Notes: generated by a model from the sequence alone, not told the origin. 64,000 nucleotides of DNA from Candidatus Gastranaerophilales bacterium (GCA_944325065.1 CALUYS010000001.1:35439-99438), one strand, 5' to 3'. Positions 35,088 to 46,611 are shown, counted from the first letter of the stretch. Numbers and translations: made by a program.

Positions 35088-35112
35088 ATTACAATTATAT
35101 ATCTATAATAAT

Positions 35113-35144
35113 AAAAACATTCATTTTTATAAATGAATGTTTTT
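35113..35144 (-). terminator. Rho-independent terminator (second of a tandem pair)
   Basis: AAAAACATTCATTT / AAATGAATGTTTTT forms a 14 bp stem with a 4 nt loop. T-runs sit on both sides. Confidence 0.7.
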
Positions 35145-35190
35145 ATCGATATATATCTCTAAGAGCTATAATTCTTTACTCTTTAATTAA

Positions 35191-35235
35191 AAACATTATC
35201 AATATAGTTCAATTAGAAATATATTGATAATGTTT
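35191..35235 (-). terminator. Rho-independent terminator downstream of the 35273 gene
   Basis: AAACATTATCAATATA / TATATTGATAATGTTT forms a 16 bp stem with a 13 nt loop, followed on the minus strand by TTTTTAATT. Confidence 0.65.
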
Positions 35236-35272
35236 CAGATCTTAATATTATACCAATAAACAAAAATAATTA

Positions 35273-35647
35273 TTAATTATTATGACGATTTTTGTCATCT
35301 TTTAAATATTGGCATATTTCCTCAAGTCTATTATTTTCCATTGCATCAATTAGTTTTTTTATATTATCAAACTTATTTAAAGCGAAACCTATTTCTGCTT
35401 TTAAAACACAATCATTACATAAACGATAATCACCATATTGAATAGAACCAGCAAGTGTTTGATTTTTGCCACAACAATCACAATTAAAATATTCTTTAAC
35501 TATATTAGGATCTTCCTCAATATCATCAAGTTTCATCTGTGTGACAACTTGCTGCATTTCTTCAATAATTTTTATTTGTTCATTTTTATCCATAATCGTA
35601 TTATAATTTAAACATGAAAAATAATCGAGAAAATTACTTAAATTCAA
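35273..35647 (-). CDS. Small Cys-rich (zinc-ribbon-like) hypothetical protein
   Basis: CDCCGKN..(17)..CNDC four-Cys pattern. The start is uncertain: ATG at 35593 (MDKNEQ..) would avoid the overlap with alr. Confidence 0.5.
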   Translation of the reverse strand: MNLSNFLDYFSCLNYNTIMDKNEQIKIIEEMQQVVTQMKLDDIEEDPNIVKEYFNCDCCGKNQTLAGSIQYGDYRLCNDCVLKAEIGFALNKFDNIKKLIDAMENNRLEEICQYLKDDKNRHNN

Positions 35648-36759
35648 AACGAGATGCTTGGGTTGAAATAAATTTAAATGCAGTTGAACATAATGTCTGT
35701 GAATTTAAAAAGTATTTAAAATATAATTCCAAATTACTTGCAGTTGTTAAAGCAGATGCTTATGGTTGTGGTGCTTGCATGATTGCAAATACTTTGCTTG
35801 CTTCAGGAGTTTCAATTTTAGGTGTTGCTTCTATTGATGAGGGCATGCAACTTCGTCTAGCTAAAATAGATGCACCTATTTTAATTTTGGGAGCGTGTCC
35901 AACTTGGGCTTTTGAATTTGCTGCTAAAAACAATATTATGATTTCTATTTTTACAAAAGAACATTTGGATGCTTTAAAAATGGTTTATATTAAATCTCAA
36001 ATAAAACCAAAAGTTCATGTAAAAATTGATACGGGAATGAATCGTATTGGAGTTTCTTGTGATAATTCTTTTAATTTCATAAAAGAAGTTATGAATGCTG
36101 ATTATCTAGATTTAAGAGGTGTTTTTACTCATTTAGCTTGTGTTGAAAATGAAGAAAAAACAAAAAAACAAATAAATTTATTTAAGTCAATAGTTGATAA
36201 ATTTGAACTTAAGCACTTAGATATTCATTTTTTAAATACTGCAGGGATTTTAGCATATAATAGTGAATCAGCATATAATTTAGCTCGGCTAGGTATTGGT
36301 ATTTATGGTGCTATTCCTGAATTACCTCAAGATCGACAGGTTGATATAAAACTTAAAAATGTTCTTTCTTTAAAGGGTCGGATTGTTAATATACACAATG
36401 CTTTTAAAAACGAAGGTGTAAGTTATTCACATACTTATATTGCTAATAAGAATATAAAAATTGCAACAATACCAATTGGTTATGCTGACGGTGTCGATAG
36501 AGGTTTATCAAATAAAATTTATGGAATTTTAAATGGTAAGTTTGTCAAGCAAATAGGTAATATCACAATGGATCAAATGATGTTTAATATAACAGATGTT
36601 GATAATGTTCATCAGGGCGATATAATTACTCTTTTAGGTGAAGATAATATAAATGGATTAAGTTTAAATATCCAAAATTGGGCTAAAATTTTAAATACTA
36701 TTGATTATGAATTATTATGTCGTTTAAAAGTCCGCTTGTCACGTGTTTATACAAGATAA
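35614..36759 (+). CDS. alr: Alanine racemase
   Basis: AWVEINLNAVEHNV, AVVKADAYGCGA (PLP lysine motif), THLAC, GIGIYG, PIGYADG. Confidence 0.85.
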   Translation: MKNNRENYLNSKRDAWVEINLNAVEHNVCEFKKYLKYNSKLLAVVKADAYGCGACMIANTLLASGVSILGVASIDEGMQLRLAKIDAPILILGACPTWAFEFAAKNNIMISIFTKEHLDALKMVYIKSQIKPKVHVKIDTGMNRIGVSCDNSFNFIKEVMNADYLDLRGVFTHLACVENEEKTKKQINLFKSIVDKFELKHLDIHFLNTAGILAYNSESAYNLARLGIGIYGAIPELPQDRQVDIKLKNVLSLKGRIVNIHNAFKNEGVSYSHTYIANKNIKIATIPIGYADGVDRGLSNKIYGILNGKFVKQIGNITMDQMMFNITDVDNVHQGDIITLLGEDNINGLSLNIQNWAKILNTIDYELLCRLKVRLSRVYTR

Positions 36760-36930
36760 TTAGTATGTGTTAAGTTTTATAAAGTAATTAAATATTCTTA
36801 TTCTGCAAGTATATTAAGTGTTTTTATAACATTTTTAAAATTTTTATATTTTCTTTATATATAAAACTAGCAAATTTTTTTTTTATGGTATTTATATAAA
36901 CAGATTAATATATTTTATGAAAGTGAAATT

Positions 36931-38474
36931 ATGAGTTTACAAATTAATAATTTAAACATCAATGAGCATTTAAAAACTAAACAAAAAAGTATTAATAATA
37001 ATAATAATAAGAATGGTTCTCAAAGTTTTGGTGGTGCTGCAGATGTAATGACATCTGTATTTAAATGGTGTGATACACATCCTGTTGGTGGGGTTATTGG
37101 AATAGATATTGTTTCAACTGATATTCCAAGGACATATATTGATTTAAAAACTACAGGTCCAGCTGCAGCAATTGAAACATTAAGACGTGAAATATCTGGA
37201 ACTTTTGTTGATTGCATTATGCCAGGTTTTATTGTTTTAGCAGCTGGAAAATTATTAAATTCTTCTTTTATGAAAAAATTTAATACTAATATGTCTAGTT
37301 CTTGGTCTAGTGAAGAAGCTTTGAATAAAATGGCGTCTATTTTTAAAAACACAAAAAAACTGGAATAGAAAAAACTAATGAATTTGTAGAAAATACACTT
37401 AAAACGTTAAATGGTTTGGATGTTGATAAGTGGGTAGATTTTTCTCAAATAGACAAAAAGAAAATGAAAGAAATAGTACAGAAACTTTCTGATACTATTA
37501 ATAATGATAAATTAAGCAGTAAAGATACTAAAAAAGCTATAAAAGAAGTATACAAAATTATTACTGATGAAACAAACTGTTCAAATATTCTTCGATTTAA
37601 AGGTGATAGTAAAAATTATGGAAGTAATTTGGATGATTTGTTACGTGATATGGTGGATTTAGGTCGAAAATTTAAGAATGAAAAAGTTAGTTCAAATTTA
37701 GACGATTTTATTAAATCTTCAAAAAAAATGTTAACAACAAAAAGTTTAATTGGATTAGCTATAACTTTGCCTATTGCAATGTCTTTACAAACAATAAATC
37801 GTATGTTGACAAGAAAACAATATAATGTTGAAGGTGCTCCTATCTATAAAGATTTTGAAAAAGGTAATTCTAATCATAAAAAAATGAATGAGAACGAAAA
37901 GAAAAAATTTTTTATGGAAAAAATTTTTACGTCAATTGCTATGACAGGTCTTGCTGCTTTATCCTTGGACAAAAAACCTAGTTTAAGCATGTTGCAATTT
38001 AAAGGTTTATTTCCTTCTATGGATCAATGTCGTCTTATTTCTCTTGCCACTTTTATTAGTAGACTATTTGCTTCTGAAGATAAAAATGAACTAAGAGAGA
38101 CTTTTGTTCGTGATACTATTTCTTTCATATCATTCTATTTTATGGGTGATTATATTGCAAAAGCAACAGCTTCATTAATTGAAAAATATAATAAAGATAT
38201 AAACTTAATAAATAGATTGGCAAAAAGTTCAAAGGACGATAATATATTTAAAAAGTTTAAAATTTGGGCTAGTGATACAGCTTTAAAATCGTTTGATGAA
38301 ATTAAAGGGAAAAAAGCAACAAATTTAAGAGGTATTGCTCAGGGTGCTGGTTTATTATTTTCTCTTGTTACTTTAGGTATTGTATTGCCTATTTATAATA
38401 GAAAAATTACTGAAAAAAAAGTTCAGCGACAAAAAGAAATGGAAAAAAAACAACAAAATATGTTAAATATTTAA
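36931..38474 (+). pseudogene. Multi-pass membrane protein of unknown function, split into 145 aa and 352 aa ORFs by a frameshift at an A7 run (37353-37359)
   Basis: ORF1 ends ..KNTKKLE*. The frame of ORF2 (called from TTG 37416) is open back to the A-run, reading TGIEKTNEFVENTLKTLNGLDVDKW. One extra A, or a -1 slip on A_AAA_AAA, joins them. Confidence 0.6.
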
Positions 38475-38500
38475 ATTTTTGATAAAATATAATATATACT

Positions 38501-40303
38501 ATGAAAAAAATTGAACTTTTATCACCTGCTAAAAATGCTAAGTTAGCTATATGTGCTATTGATTATGGTGCTGATGCTGTTTATATAGGTGCAAATTCTT
38601 ATGGGGCTAGAGTTAATGCTGGAAATCCAATTGAGGATATTATTAAAGTTGTTGAATATGCACATAAATTTAATTCTAAGGTATATGTTACAGTCAACAC
38701 AATTTTAAATAATAATGAAATTAAGAATGCTCAAAAATTGATTTATGATTTATATTCTATAAATGTTGATGCAATTATATTTCAAGATATGGGATTACTC
38801 GAATTGGAATTGCCTCCAATAAAATTATTTGCTTCTACACAATGTCATAATGTAAGCTTTGAAAAAGTGAAATTTTTAGAACAATGTGGCATTTCACGTA
38901 TTATTTTAGCTCGTGAATTATCTTTAGAGCAAATTAAAAATATATGTCAAAATACTAATTGTGAAATTGAGACATTTATACATGGTGCTTTATGTGTTTC
39001 ATATTCAGGGCAATGTTATCTAAGTGCTTATAATGGGAATAGAAGTGCAAATCGCGGTAATTGTGCTCAAGTTTGTCGAAAAAAATATTCTTTATTAAAT
39101 TCAGAAAATAAAATTATTAAAAAAGACAAGTATTTATTATCGTTAAAAGATTTTAATGCCTCTAATTATCTTGAAAAGTTAATTAATGTAGGTGTTACAT
39201 CTTTTAAAATTGAAGGACGATTAAAAAATGAAAATTATATAAAAAACGTTGTTGCTTTCTATCGACAAAAACTTGATGAAATTATTCAACAAGAACAAAG
39301 ACCATCTTATGGTAACGTTGTGTTTGACTTTAATCCTGATATAAATAAAACTTTTAATAGAGGATTTTGTGATTATTTTCTTGATGGAAAAAGAAAGAAT
39401 ATTGCAAATTTTGATACCCCAAAAGCTATTGGTGAGAAAATAGGGATTGTTATTGAAGCTAAGAATAAGTATTTTATATTGGATAATAATTTTTTAAATA
39501 ATGGTGATGGCATTTGTTTTTATGATGAAAATAAAAATTTAGTCGGTACAAATATTAATAAAGTTATTAATAATAAAATTTATCCTAATAGTTTTGATAA
39601 GATAAAAAAAGGAGTTGTTATATATCGCAATTATGATATTAATTTTGAAAAAACTTTAAAAAATAGTCGAGTTAAACGAAAAATACCATGTAATATAATT
39701 TTTGAATATAATAATGATGATTATATAATAACAATTAAAGATAGGTATTTCAGTTACCAAATGATTGTTAAGAATGAATTTGAATTGGCAAAAAAACAAA
39801 ATGAAGCATACGATACAATCATTAAACAATTTTTAAAATCAGCAGATTCTGAGTTTATGGTTAATTATGTTTTTGTTAATTTAGTTAAATTTCCTTTTAT
39901 ATCTGTTTCAAAATTAAATGAAATTCGAAGAGAGTTATTTAATAAATTTTCAAATTATAGACTTCAAAACTATAAATATCAAACAAAAAAAAATTTAATA
40001 ACAAATCATTCTTATATAAAAAAAGATATTTCATATAAAGAAAATGTTTTTAATGATTTTGCAAAAAAATTTTATATGAGGCATGGTGTTGAAAATATTG
40101 ACCTAGCATTTGAAGAAAATCATCTACAAAATATTAAATATGAACTTATGAGAACAAAACATTGTATTTTATATTCTTTAAATTTATGTAAAAAACAAAC
40201 AAAACTTAATGATACCTATTTTTTAGTGGATGATAAAAATAAAAAATATAAACTTAAATTTGACTGTAAAAATTGTGAGATGATTGTTTTAAATACAGAT
40301 TAA
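38501..40303 (+). CDS. Peptidase U32 family protein
   Basis: MKKIELLSPAKNAKLAICAIDYGADAVYIG, ILARELSLEQI, ETFIHGALCVSYSGQCYLS, FKIEGRLK. Confidence 0.8.
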   Translation: MKKIELLSPAKNAKLAICAIDYGADAVYIGANSYGARVNAGNPIEDIIKVVEYAHKFNSKVYVTVNTILNNNEIKNAQKLIYDLYSINVDAIIFQDMGLLELELPPIKLFASTQCHNVSFEKVKFLEQCGISRIILARELSLEQIKNICQNTNCEIETFIHGALCVSYSGQCYLSAYNGNRSANRGNCAQVCRKKYSLLNSENKIIKKDKYLLSLKDFNASNYLEKLINVGVTSFKIEGRLKNENYIKNVVAFYRQKLDEIIQQEQRPSYGNVVFDFNPDINKTFNRGFCDYFLDGKRKNIANFDTPKAIGEKIGIVIEAKNKYFILDNNFLNNGDGICFYDENKNLVGTNINKVINNKIYPNSFDKIKKGVVIYRNYDINFEKTLKNSRVKRKIPCNIIFEYNNDDYIITIKDRYFSYQMIVKNEFELAKKQNEAYDTIIKQFLKSADSEFMVNYVFVNLVKFPFISVSKLNEIRRELFNKFSNYRLQNYKYQTKKNLITNHSYIKKDISYKENVFNDFAKKFYMRHGVENIDLAFEENHLQNIKYELMRTKHCILYSLNLCKKQTKLNDTYFLVDDKNKKYKLKFDCKNCEMIVLNTD

Positions 40304-40305
40304 AT

Positions 40306-41322
40306 TTAAAATTTTAATAAACGTCTTAAGTTTTGTTTAATCATTTCAAGTTCATTTTTGTTTTCAATATGATTTAAAGCATCTTTTAAAATTTTAATAG
40401 CCTCCTCTTCTTTCTGAATTAACTCATAAGTAAGGCTTAAGTTTAAATAAATTTCACTTGTTTGTTTAGGTTCAATTTTTATTGCAAGTTCAAAATAATA
40501 TATTGCTTCTTCAAATTTATTAAGATGATAAAATAAAATACCCATATTATAATTAGCATCAAAAGAACTAGGAAATGATTTTAATGCATTTTTACAATAT
40601 TTCAAAGCTTCTTGATAATTTTTTATTTTTTTAAAACATTTCATTATACGATAATTTGCATCATAACTCAATTCATCAAAAATAAGAATTTTTTTATAGA
40701 CTTCAATAGCAAATAAAAGATAGTCAAGATTTAGATTAAATTGCTCATTATATTTTTTTTCAAATGTAGAACCTAAATTTAATAAATATTCAAGTGTTTT
40801 ATATTCTTTAGGATTAACCGTTTTGAGAATAAGTTCAATAGCCTGATCAAATTTTTTTAAATGAGCTAAAACAAATGATAATGAAATATAAATATTAACA
40901 TCTTCCTTTAAATTTAAAGTTTTTTCAAAATGTTCTACAGCTTTTTCATAATTTTCAATATTTTCATAACATAATGCAATATTATAATGTACATCAGGAT
41001 TTTGAGAATCTAGTTTTAAGAATTTTAAATAATAATTTATAGCTTCTTTATATTCTAATGATAATTGAAGATTTAATGCATAGTTATATAAAGTATCTAA
41101 ATCATTTGGACGAAGGAAATGAGCTTTTGCAAAACATTTAGAAGCTAAAAAAAATTTTTTTTCATTATAAAGATCAATTCCTTTTTCATATAATTCATCA
41201 AATGATGCAAATAATATTGGTGTATCTAATAAATCTAAAAATTTTAACCATAAAATTTGATAATCCATATAAGATAAGTTTAAAAATTTATTTTTGGATT
41301 TAAGCACATTAAAAATATTCAT
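40306..41322 (-). CDS. TPR repeat protein
   Basis: Repeated 34-residue pattern (..A..Y.KAL.L.P......N.....Y......A...F..A....). Confidence 0.7.
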   Translation of the reverse strand: MNIFNVLKSKNKFLNLSYMDYQILWLKFLDLLDTPILFASFDELYEKGIDLYNEKKFFLASKCFAKAHFLRPNDLDTLYNYALNLQLSLEYKEAINYYLKFLKLDSQNPDVHYNIALCYENIENYEKAVEHFEKTLNLKEDVNIYISLSFVLAHLKKFDQAIELILKTVNPKEYKTLEYLLNLGSTFEKKYNEQFNLNLDYLLFAIEVYKKILIFDELSYDANYRIMKCFKKIKNYQEALKYCKNALKSFPSSFDANYNMGILFYHLNKFEEAIYYFELAIKIEPKQTSEIYLNLSLTYELIQKEEEAIKILKDALNHIENKNELEMIKQNLRRLLKF

Positions 41323-41377
41323 AGTATCATTTTAATATAAAATTAATAATAGACAAAATATTAAGTTGAAGGAAAAA

Positions 41378-42004
41378 ATGTACGAATATTTAAATGGTAA
41401 ACTTGTTGCTAAATATAAAAAGTCATATAAGAATGCATATATGGTATTGGATATTAATAATATTGGATACCAGATTATAACAAATGATAGAATTATAGAT
41501 GAATTGTGTGAAATTAATAGATTTATTAAGGTATATATTTCACTAATTCACAAAGAAGATCAAATGATATTTTGTGGTTTTTTGAAAAGAGAACAAAGAG
41601 ATATTTTTAATATTTTGCAAAGTGTTTCAGGTATTGGTATGAAAGTTGCATTGGAGTTGTTAAATGAATTTGATTATCGTGATTTAATTTTTTATGTTTT
41701 AAATGAGGATTATAAAACTGTATCTAAAACCAAAGGAGTAGGAACAAAGCTCGCACAAAAGATTATTATTGAATTAAAAGATAAACTTATAAATTACAAA
41801 TCAGATGATGAAGTTGTTAATTTAAAATATGAAATCGAGCCAAAATTATGTGAAATTTCACATGTGTTAATTACACTTGGTTATAATAAAGATGAAATTG
41901 AAAGAGCTTATAGTTATTTATTTAAGAATAATAATTTTGGTTTAGAAGATACAAATGATTTACTAAAACAAATTTTAAATTATTTAACAAAAGAAGGGAG
42001 ATAA
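41378..42004 (+). CDS. ruvA: Holliday junction DNA helicase subunit RuvA
   Basis: MYEYLNGKL.., HhH motifs SVSGIGMKVALELL and KTKGVGTKLAQKII. ATG 41378 is preferred over TTG 41366. Confidence 0.75.
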   Translation: MYEYLNGKLVAKYKKSYKNAYMVLDINNIGYQIITNDRIIDELCEINRFIKVYISLIHKEDQMIFCGFLKREQRDIFNILQSVSGIGMKVALELLNEFDYRDLIFYVLNEDYKTVSKTKGVGTKLAQKIIIELKDKLINYKSDDEVVNLKYEIEPKLCEISHVLITLGYNKDEIERAYSYLFKNNNFGLEDTNDLLKQILNYLTKEGR

Positions 42005-42009
42005 ACTAA

Positions 42010-43461
42010 ATGAAAATATTATTTGCTTCAAATGAAGTGGCACCTTTTTCAAAAGCTGGTGGTTTAGGCGATGTTATGGGAAGTTTGCCGAAAGAACTTA
42101 TAAAGGAAAAAGATGTTGAAATAGCAATATTTACTCCTTTACACGGTTGTATAAATAAAGATAAATATAATATAAAAGAATTACCTAATTCAACGCTTAA
42201 AATTTTATTTGGTCATCAAATGCGAGAATTTAAATTATATATTACTAAACTACCAGAAACTAATATAAACGTGTTCTTTGTTGATTCAATGTATTATTTT
42301 GGTTGTTTTAATGAAGTATATCCAAAATGGTTATATCAAGATTATGAGCATGAAAGATACATTGCATTTTCACAAGTAGTATTAGAATATGCAAAATATT
42401 TGAACTTTAGACCAGATATTATTCATACAAATGATTGGCACACAGCAATTATACATAGTTATCTTGTTTCAAATTATAATATGGATGAATTTTATCGAGA
42501 AACAAAAACTATATTTTCTATTCACAATCTTGCATACCAAGGTGTAACAGATTCTTCCATACTTGATTTTACAAACATGCAAAAACATAGAGTTTATCAT
42601 CATTTGGGAATAGAACATTTTGGACATGTTAATTGGATGAAAGGTGCTATAAATTTTGCTCATAGAATAATTGTAGTGTCACCTAAATATGCATCTGAAA
42701 TCATGACTGATGAATTTGGAGAAGGTATGGATTTTACTTTGCGTTGTGTATCTTATAAAATACGAGGAATTTTAAATGGGATTGATTATAAAGTTTTTAA
42801 CCCCCAAACAGACAAAGCTCTAATTCAAAACTATGATATAAATACAATAGAAAATAAAGAAAAAAATAAAGAAGAAATTTTAAACATGTTCGGTTTTAAC
42901 AATAAAGACAAAAAAAGACCTCTCATTGCAATTATTTCAAGGCTTGTGAATCAAAAAGGTCTTAATTTAATACGTGATATGGAATATGAACTTCAAAAGC
43001 TTAATGCAAATTTTGTAGTACTTGGTTCTGGTGATAAAGATTTAGAAAATTTATTTATTTGGCTTTCAAATAATACTCAAAATATAAGAGCACAAATAGG
43101 TTATAACGAACAATTGGCTCATAAAATATATGCTGCATCTGATATGTTTTTAATGCCTTCAAAATTTGAGCCTTGCGGTCTTGGACAACTTATTGCCATG
43201 AGATATGGAAGTTTGCCAATCGTGCGTGCGGTTGGAGGACTTGATAATACAGTTGTTGGTTATCCTCTAGACAATTCAACAGGCTTTAAGTTTTGGAGAT
43301 TTAATGGTTATGACATGCTAGATGCTATAAAATGTTCATTAAATGTTTATAATGATAATTACACTTTTAATGCAATGAGAAAATCAGCAATGACTGCTAA
43401 TTTTACTTGGGAAAAAAGTGCAAAAGAATACTTAAAAGTTTATCGAGAGCTAAAAACTTAA
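42010..43461 (+). CDS. glgA: Glycogen synthase
   Basis: MKILFASNEVAPFSKAGGLGDVMGSLPKEL, HTNDWHTA, HNLAYQG, PSKFEPCGLGQL. Confidence 0.88.
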   Translation: MKILFASNEVAPFSKAGGLGDVMGSLPKELIKEKDVEIAIFTPLHGCINKDKYNIKELPNSTLKILFGHQMREFKLYITKLPETNINVFFVDSMYYFGCFNEVYPKWLYQDYEHERYIAFSQVVLEYAKYLNFRPDIIHTNDWHTAIIHSYLVSNYNMDEFYRETKTIFSIHNLAYQGVTDSSILDFTNMQKHRVYHHLGIEHFGHVNWMKGAINFAHRIIVVSPKYASEIMTDEFGEGMDFTLRCVSYKIRGILNGIDYKVFNPQTDKALIQNYDINTIENKEKNKEEILNMFGFNNKDKKRPLIAIISRLVNQKGLNLIRDMEYELQKLNANFVVLGSGDKDLENLFIWLSNNTQNIRAQIGYNEQLAHKIYAASDMFLMPSKFEPCGLGQLIAMRYGSLPIVRAVGGLDNTVVGYPLDNSTGFKFWRFNGYDMLDAIKCSLNVYNDNYTFNAMRKSAMTANFTWEKSAKEYLKVYRELKT

Positions 43462-43483
43462 TAAAGAAATAAGATATGATTAT

Positions 43484-44086
43484 TTATTGTTTTTCAACAA
43501 CTTCCGATGGTACATCATTGTTATTGTGAGTTGTTGTTATTTTGTGTCTTTTTTTGTATAAAATAACAAAAAATAGAATAATAATAAGTGTAACAATAAA
43601 GATTATAAGTTCAATATACTGCTTAACGGCTTCACCAAAAAACATCAATACAAGACTTACAATGAAAAAACGCATACCACGACCTATGACACTTGCAAGA
43701 GTAAATTGCCAAAAGTTCATATTCATAATCCCGCTTGCAATAGTAAAGACTTTATAAGGTATTGGGGTAAAAGCAGCAAATAAAACAGCTATTGCTCCAT
43801 ATTTATTATATAAAGTTTCAACTTTTTCAAATTGACCGTGTTTATTACGGAATAAAAAATTAAAAATAGGTCTTCCACCAAATTTACCGATAAAATATCC
43901 AACAATTCCACCCAAAGTTGAAGCAATTGTGCATATAAAAGCATAAAATATAGCTTTTTTAGGATTAGCTAGATCTAGTATTATAAGCAAAAAATCAGGT
44001 GGAGGAACAAGAAAAAAACTTTCAATAAATGAATTGATTGCTAATCCTAAAATACCTAGTGATTTATAAAATTCTATATCAAACAT
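43484..44086 (-). CDS. DedA/YqaA family membrane protein
   Basis: 200 aa, multiple TM segments, SFFLVPPPDFLLI..GGIVGYFIGKFGGRP. Confidence 0.6.
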   Translation of the reverse strand: MFDIEFYKSLGILGLAINSFIESFFLVPPPDFLLIILDLANPKKAIFYAFICTIASTLGGIVGYFIGKFGGRPIFNFLFRNKHGQFEKVETLYNKYGAIAVLFAAFTPIPYKVFTIASGIMNMNFWQFTLASVIGRGMRFFIVSLVLMFFGEAVKQYIELIIFIVTLIIILFFVILYKKRHKITTTHNNNDVPSEVVEKQ

Positions 44087-44238
44087 ATAAGTAATTTACC
44101 TTCTTTCTTATAAAACAATTAATCCACATTTAAAAAGTATCATAAAACTTAAAAATTGTCATTTATTTATAAAAATAAATATTTTAATACAAAATAATAT
44201 AAATGTGCTAAAATAATTAAAGGAAAATTTTAATATAA

Positions 44239-45291
<1,053 letters not shown>

Positions 45292-45304
45292 TGGGTTTAA
45301 ATAT

Positions 45305-45341
45305 AAAAACGGGTTAGAAATAACCCGTTTTTTTATTTTTT
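45305..45341 (+). terminator. Rho-independent terminator of ilvC
   Basis: AAACGGGTTA (45307-45316) / TAACCCGTTT (45321-45330) with a GAAA loop, followed by a T-run. Confidence 0.8.
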
Positions 45342-45479
45342 GCAAGTGTTCAATAAATAATCGCGACACTATCGCTTAAGAAGAATTGGAATAGCAAAAA
45401 TAGGCAATAGTAATGATGAAACAATTTGAGAACATTTATGTTCTAGCGAATTAGATAAAATAATGGTAACTCAAAGCTA

Positions 45480-45880
45480 ATGGATATTGTCAATAAGAAA
45501 AATAACTTAAAATATGGATATTCCCTAATAAGAAAATTATGGCATTTATTATTAAGACGTCCAAATGGAAGACAAACAAAAATACTTGGAAGATTCATAT
45601 ATCATGGAACAAAAAATAATACCCCAAATAGAAGTAGATATAGATTTAAGAATGGAAGAAGCAAATAAACGAATAGACAAATAGAAATAGGGCATTTTGA
45701 GACGATAAATAATTAGACTGTTTAACCAGTAATGGTTAATAGATTTAGTCAGTAAAAATAATAAAAGAAAAAATCGCATATCTTGAAAATTGGATTAACA
45801 ATAGACTGATGCAAATTCTTAATTATATTCCACCTGAACAAGCTTTTCAAACTTTATATTGTTGCGATTGCTTCTTGAAT
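45480..45880 (+). mobile_element. Decayed IS30-family transposase relic (boundaries approximate)
   Basis: Fragments spread over several frames: ..NKRIDK / IEIGHFET.. (compare the GHWExD block of IS30 transposases) and LENWINNRLMQILNYIPPEQAFQ (compare the C-terminal LNxRPRKxLxYxTPxExF). Many stops; no intact ORF. Confidence 0.55.
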
Positions 45881-45997
45881 TCACCGACATTTTTTTGTAA
45901 AGATTTGTAACAATTATGCTTTAGTTGTCAATTATTAAAAAAAAATTGTTTTTATTAATATATAGAGGTAAAATATAAGAAAAAAGGAGCTTTGAAA

Positions 45998-46270
45998 ATG
46001 TTTAAAACACAAATAAAAATACATTTTATGCGACTTCGTAGGTTTTTAAACTTTTCAATGCGTTACTTTGATAGACATAAACCTCTACAAACTTTTCAAG
46101 CTAGTATTATAAATACCATAAAAGATATTTTAGGTATTTATAAAAAGGCTAAAATGGCTAAATTTCGTGTAACGTATCAACAATATCAACTTAATAAAAT
46201 GGAAAAACTTATTGCTCAAAGTAATGAACATTTTTTCTTAAAAGGACAGCAGTTAAACGAAACAAGATAA
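45998..46270 (+). CDS. Small basic hypothetical protein
   Basis: AAGGAG lies 8 nt upstream of ATG 45998. 90 aa, Lys/Arg-rich. Confidence 0.45.
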   Translation: MFKTQIKIHFMRLRRFLNFSMRYFDRHKPLQTFQASIINTIKDILGIYKKAKMAKFRVTYQQYQLNKMEKLIAQSNEHFFLKGQQLNETR

Positions 46271-46282
46271 AGGTGAACAAAA

Positions 46283-46603
46283 ATGTCTGAATTAACGGCA
46301 ACAAATATATTAAATCAAAATATTTATAACGGGCAAAAACAATATTGGGAAATGGTTAAAAAGAACTATGATGCCCAATTACTAAGTCTTCAATCGCAAG
46401 CAACAGATTTAGGTACTTATATACAAAATCTTTCTGCTTCAAATCCTTATTCACCTGATTTACAAAGACTTCAAATGATGGCTAATAATATTGCTATTAC
46501 TCAACAACAGCTCCAACCTTTAGTTGAAAATGCTCAACAACATATTGAAATAGCTCAACAAGCTGCACAAAGGCTTGGTGGTAGTCGTGGTGGTGGATGG
46601 TAG
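46283..46603 (+). CDS. Small Gln-rich hypothetical protein ending GGSRGGGW
   Basis: 106 aa, AGGTGA RBS, helical Q/L-rich sequence with a Gly-rich tail. Confidence 0.5.
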   Translation: MSELTATNILNQNIYNGQKQYWEMVKKNYDAQLLSLQSQATDLGTYIQNLSASNPYSPDLQRLQMMANNIAITQQQLQPLVENAQQHIEIAQQAAQRLGGSRGGGW

Positions 46604-46611
46604 GATATTTT

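Noticed and set aside
36875-36884. Intergenic T10/A10 runs (36875-36884 and 63768-63777) as phase-variable promoter spacers.
   Set aside because: Runs of this length are expected fairly often in intergenic DNA of this composition. Without population data there is no specific evidence, so they are noted only as context.
37020-37352. 110 aa minus-strand ORF opposite the first part of the split membrane protein gene.
   Set aside because: It is antisense to an ORF that continues across the A7 frameshift into a long membrane protein. It has no independent support.
44118-44130. TTAATCCACA upstream of ilvC as a DnaA box or origin signal.
   Set aside because: It is a single imperfect match, with no cluster and no AT-rich unwinding element context that stands out from the background.
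45480-45668. 62 aa Arg/Lys-rich ORF, and the 75 aa antisense ORF at 45552-45779.
   Set aside because: Both are fragments or shadows of the decayed IS30-like transposase rather than functional genes.
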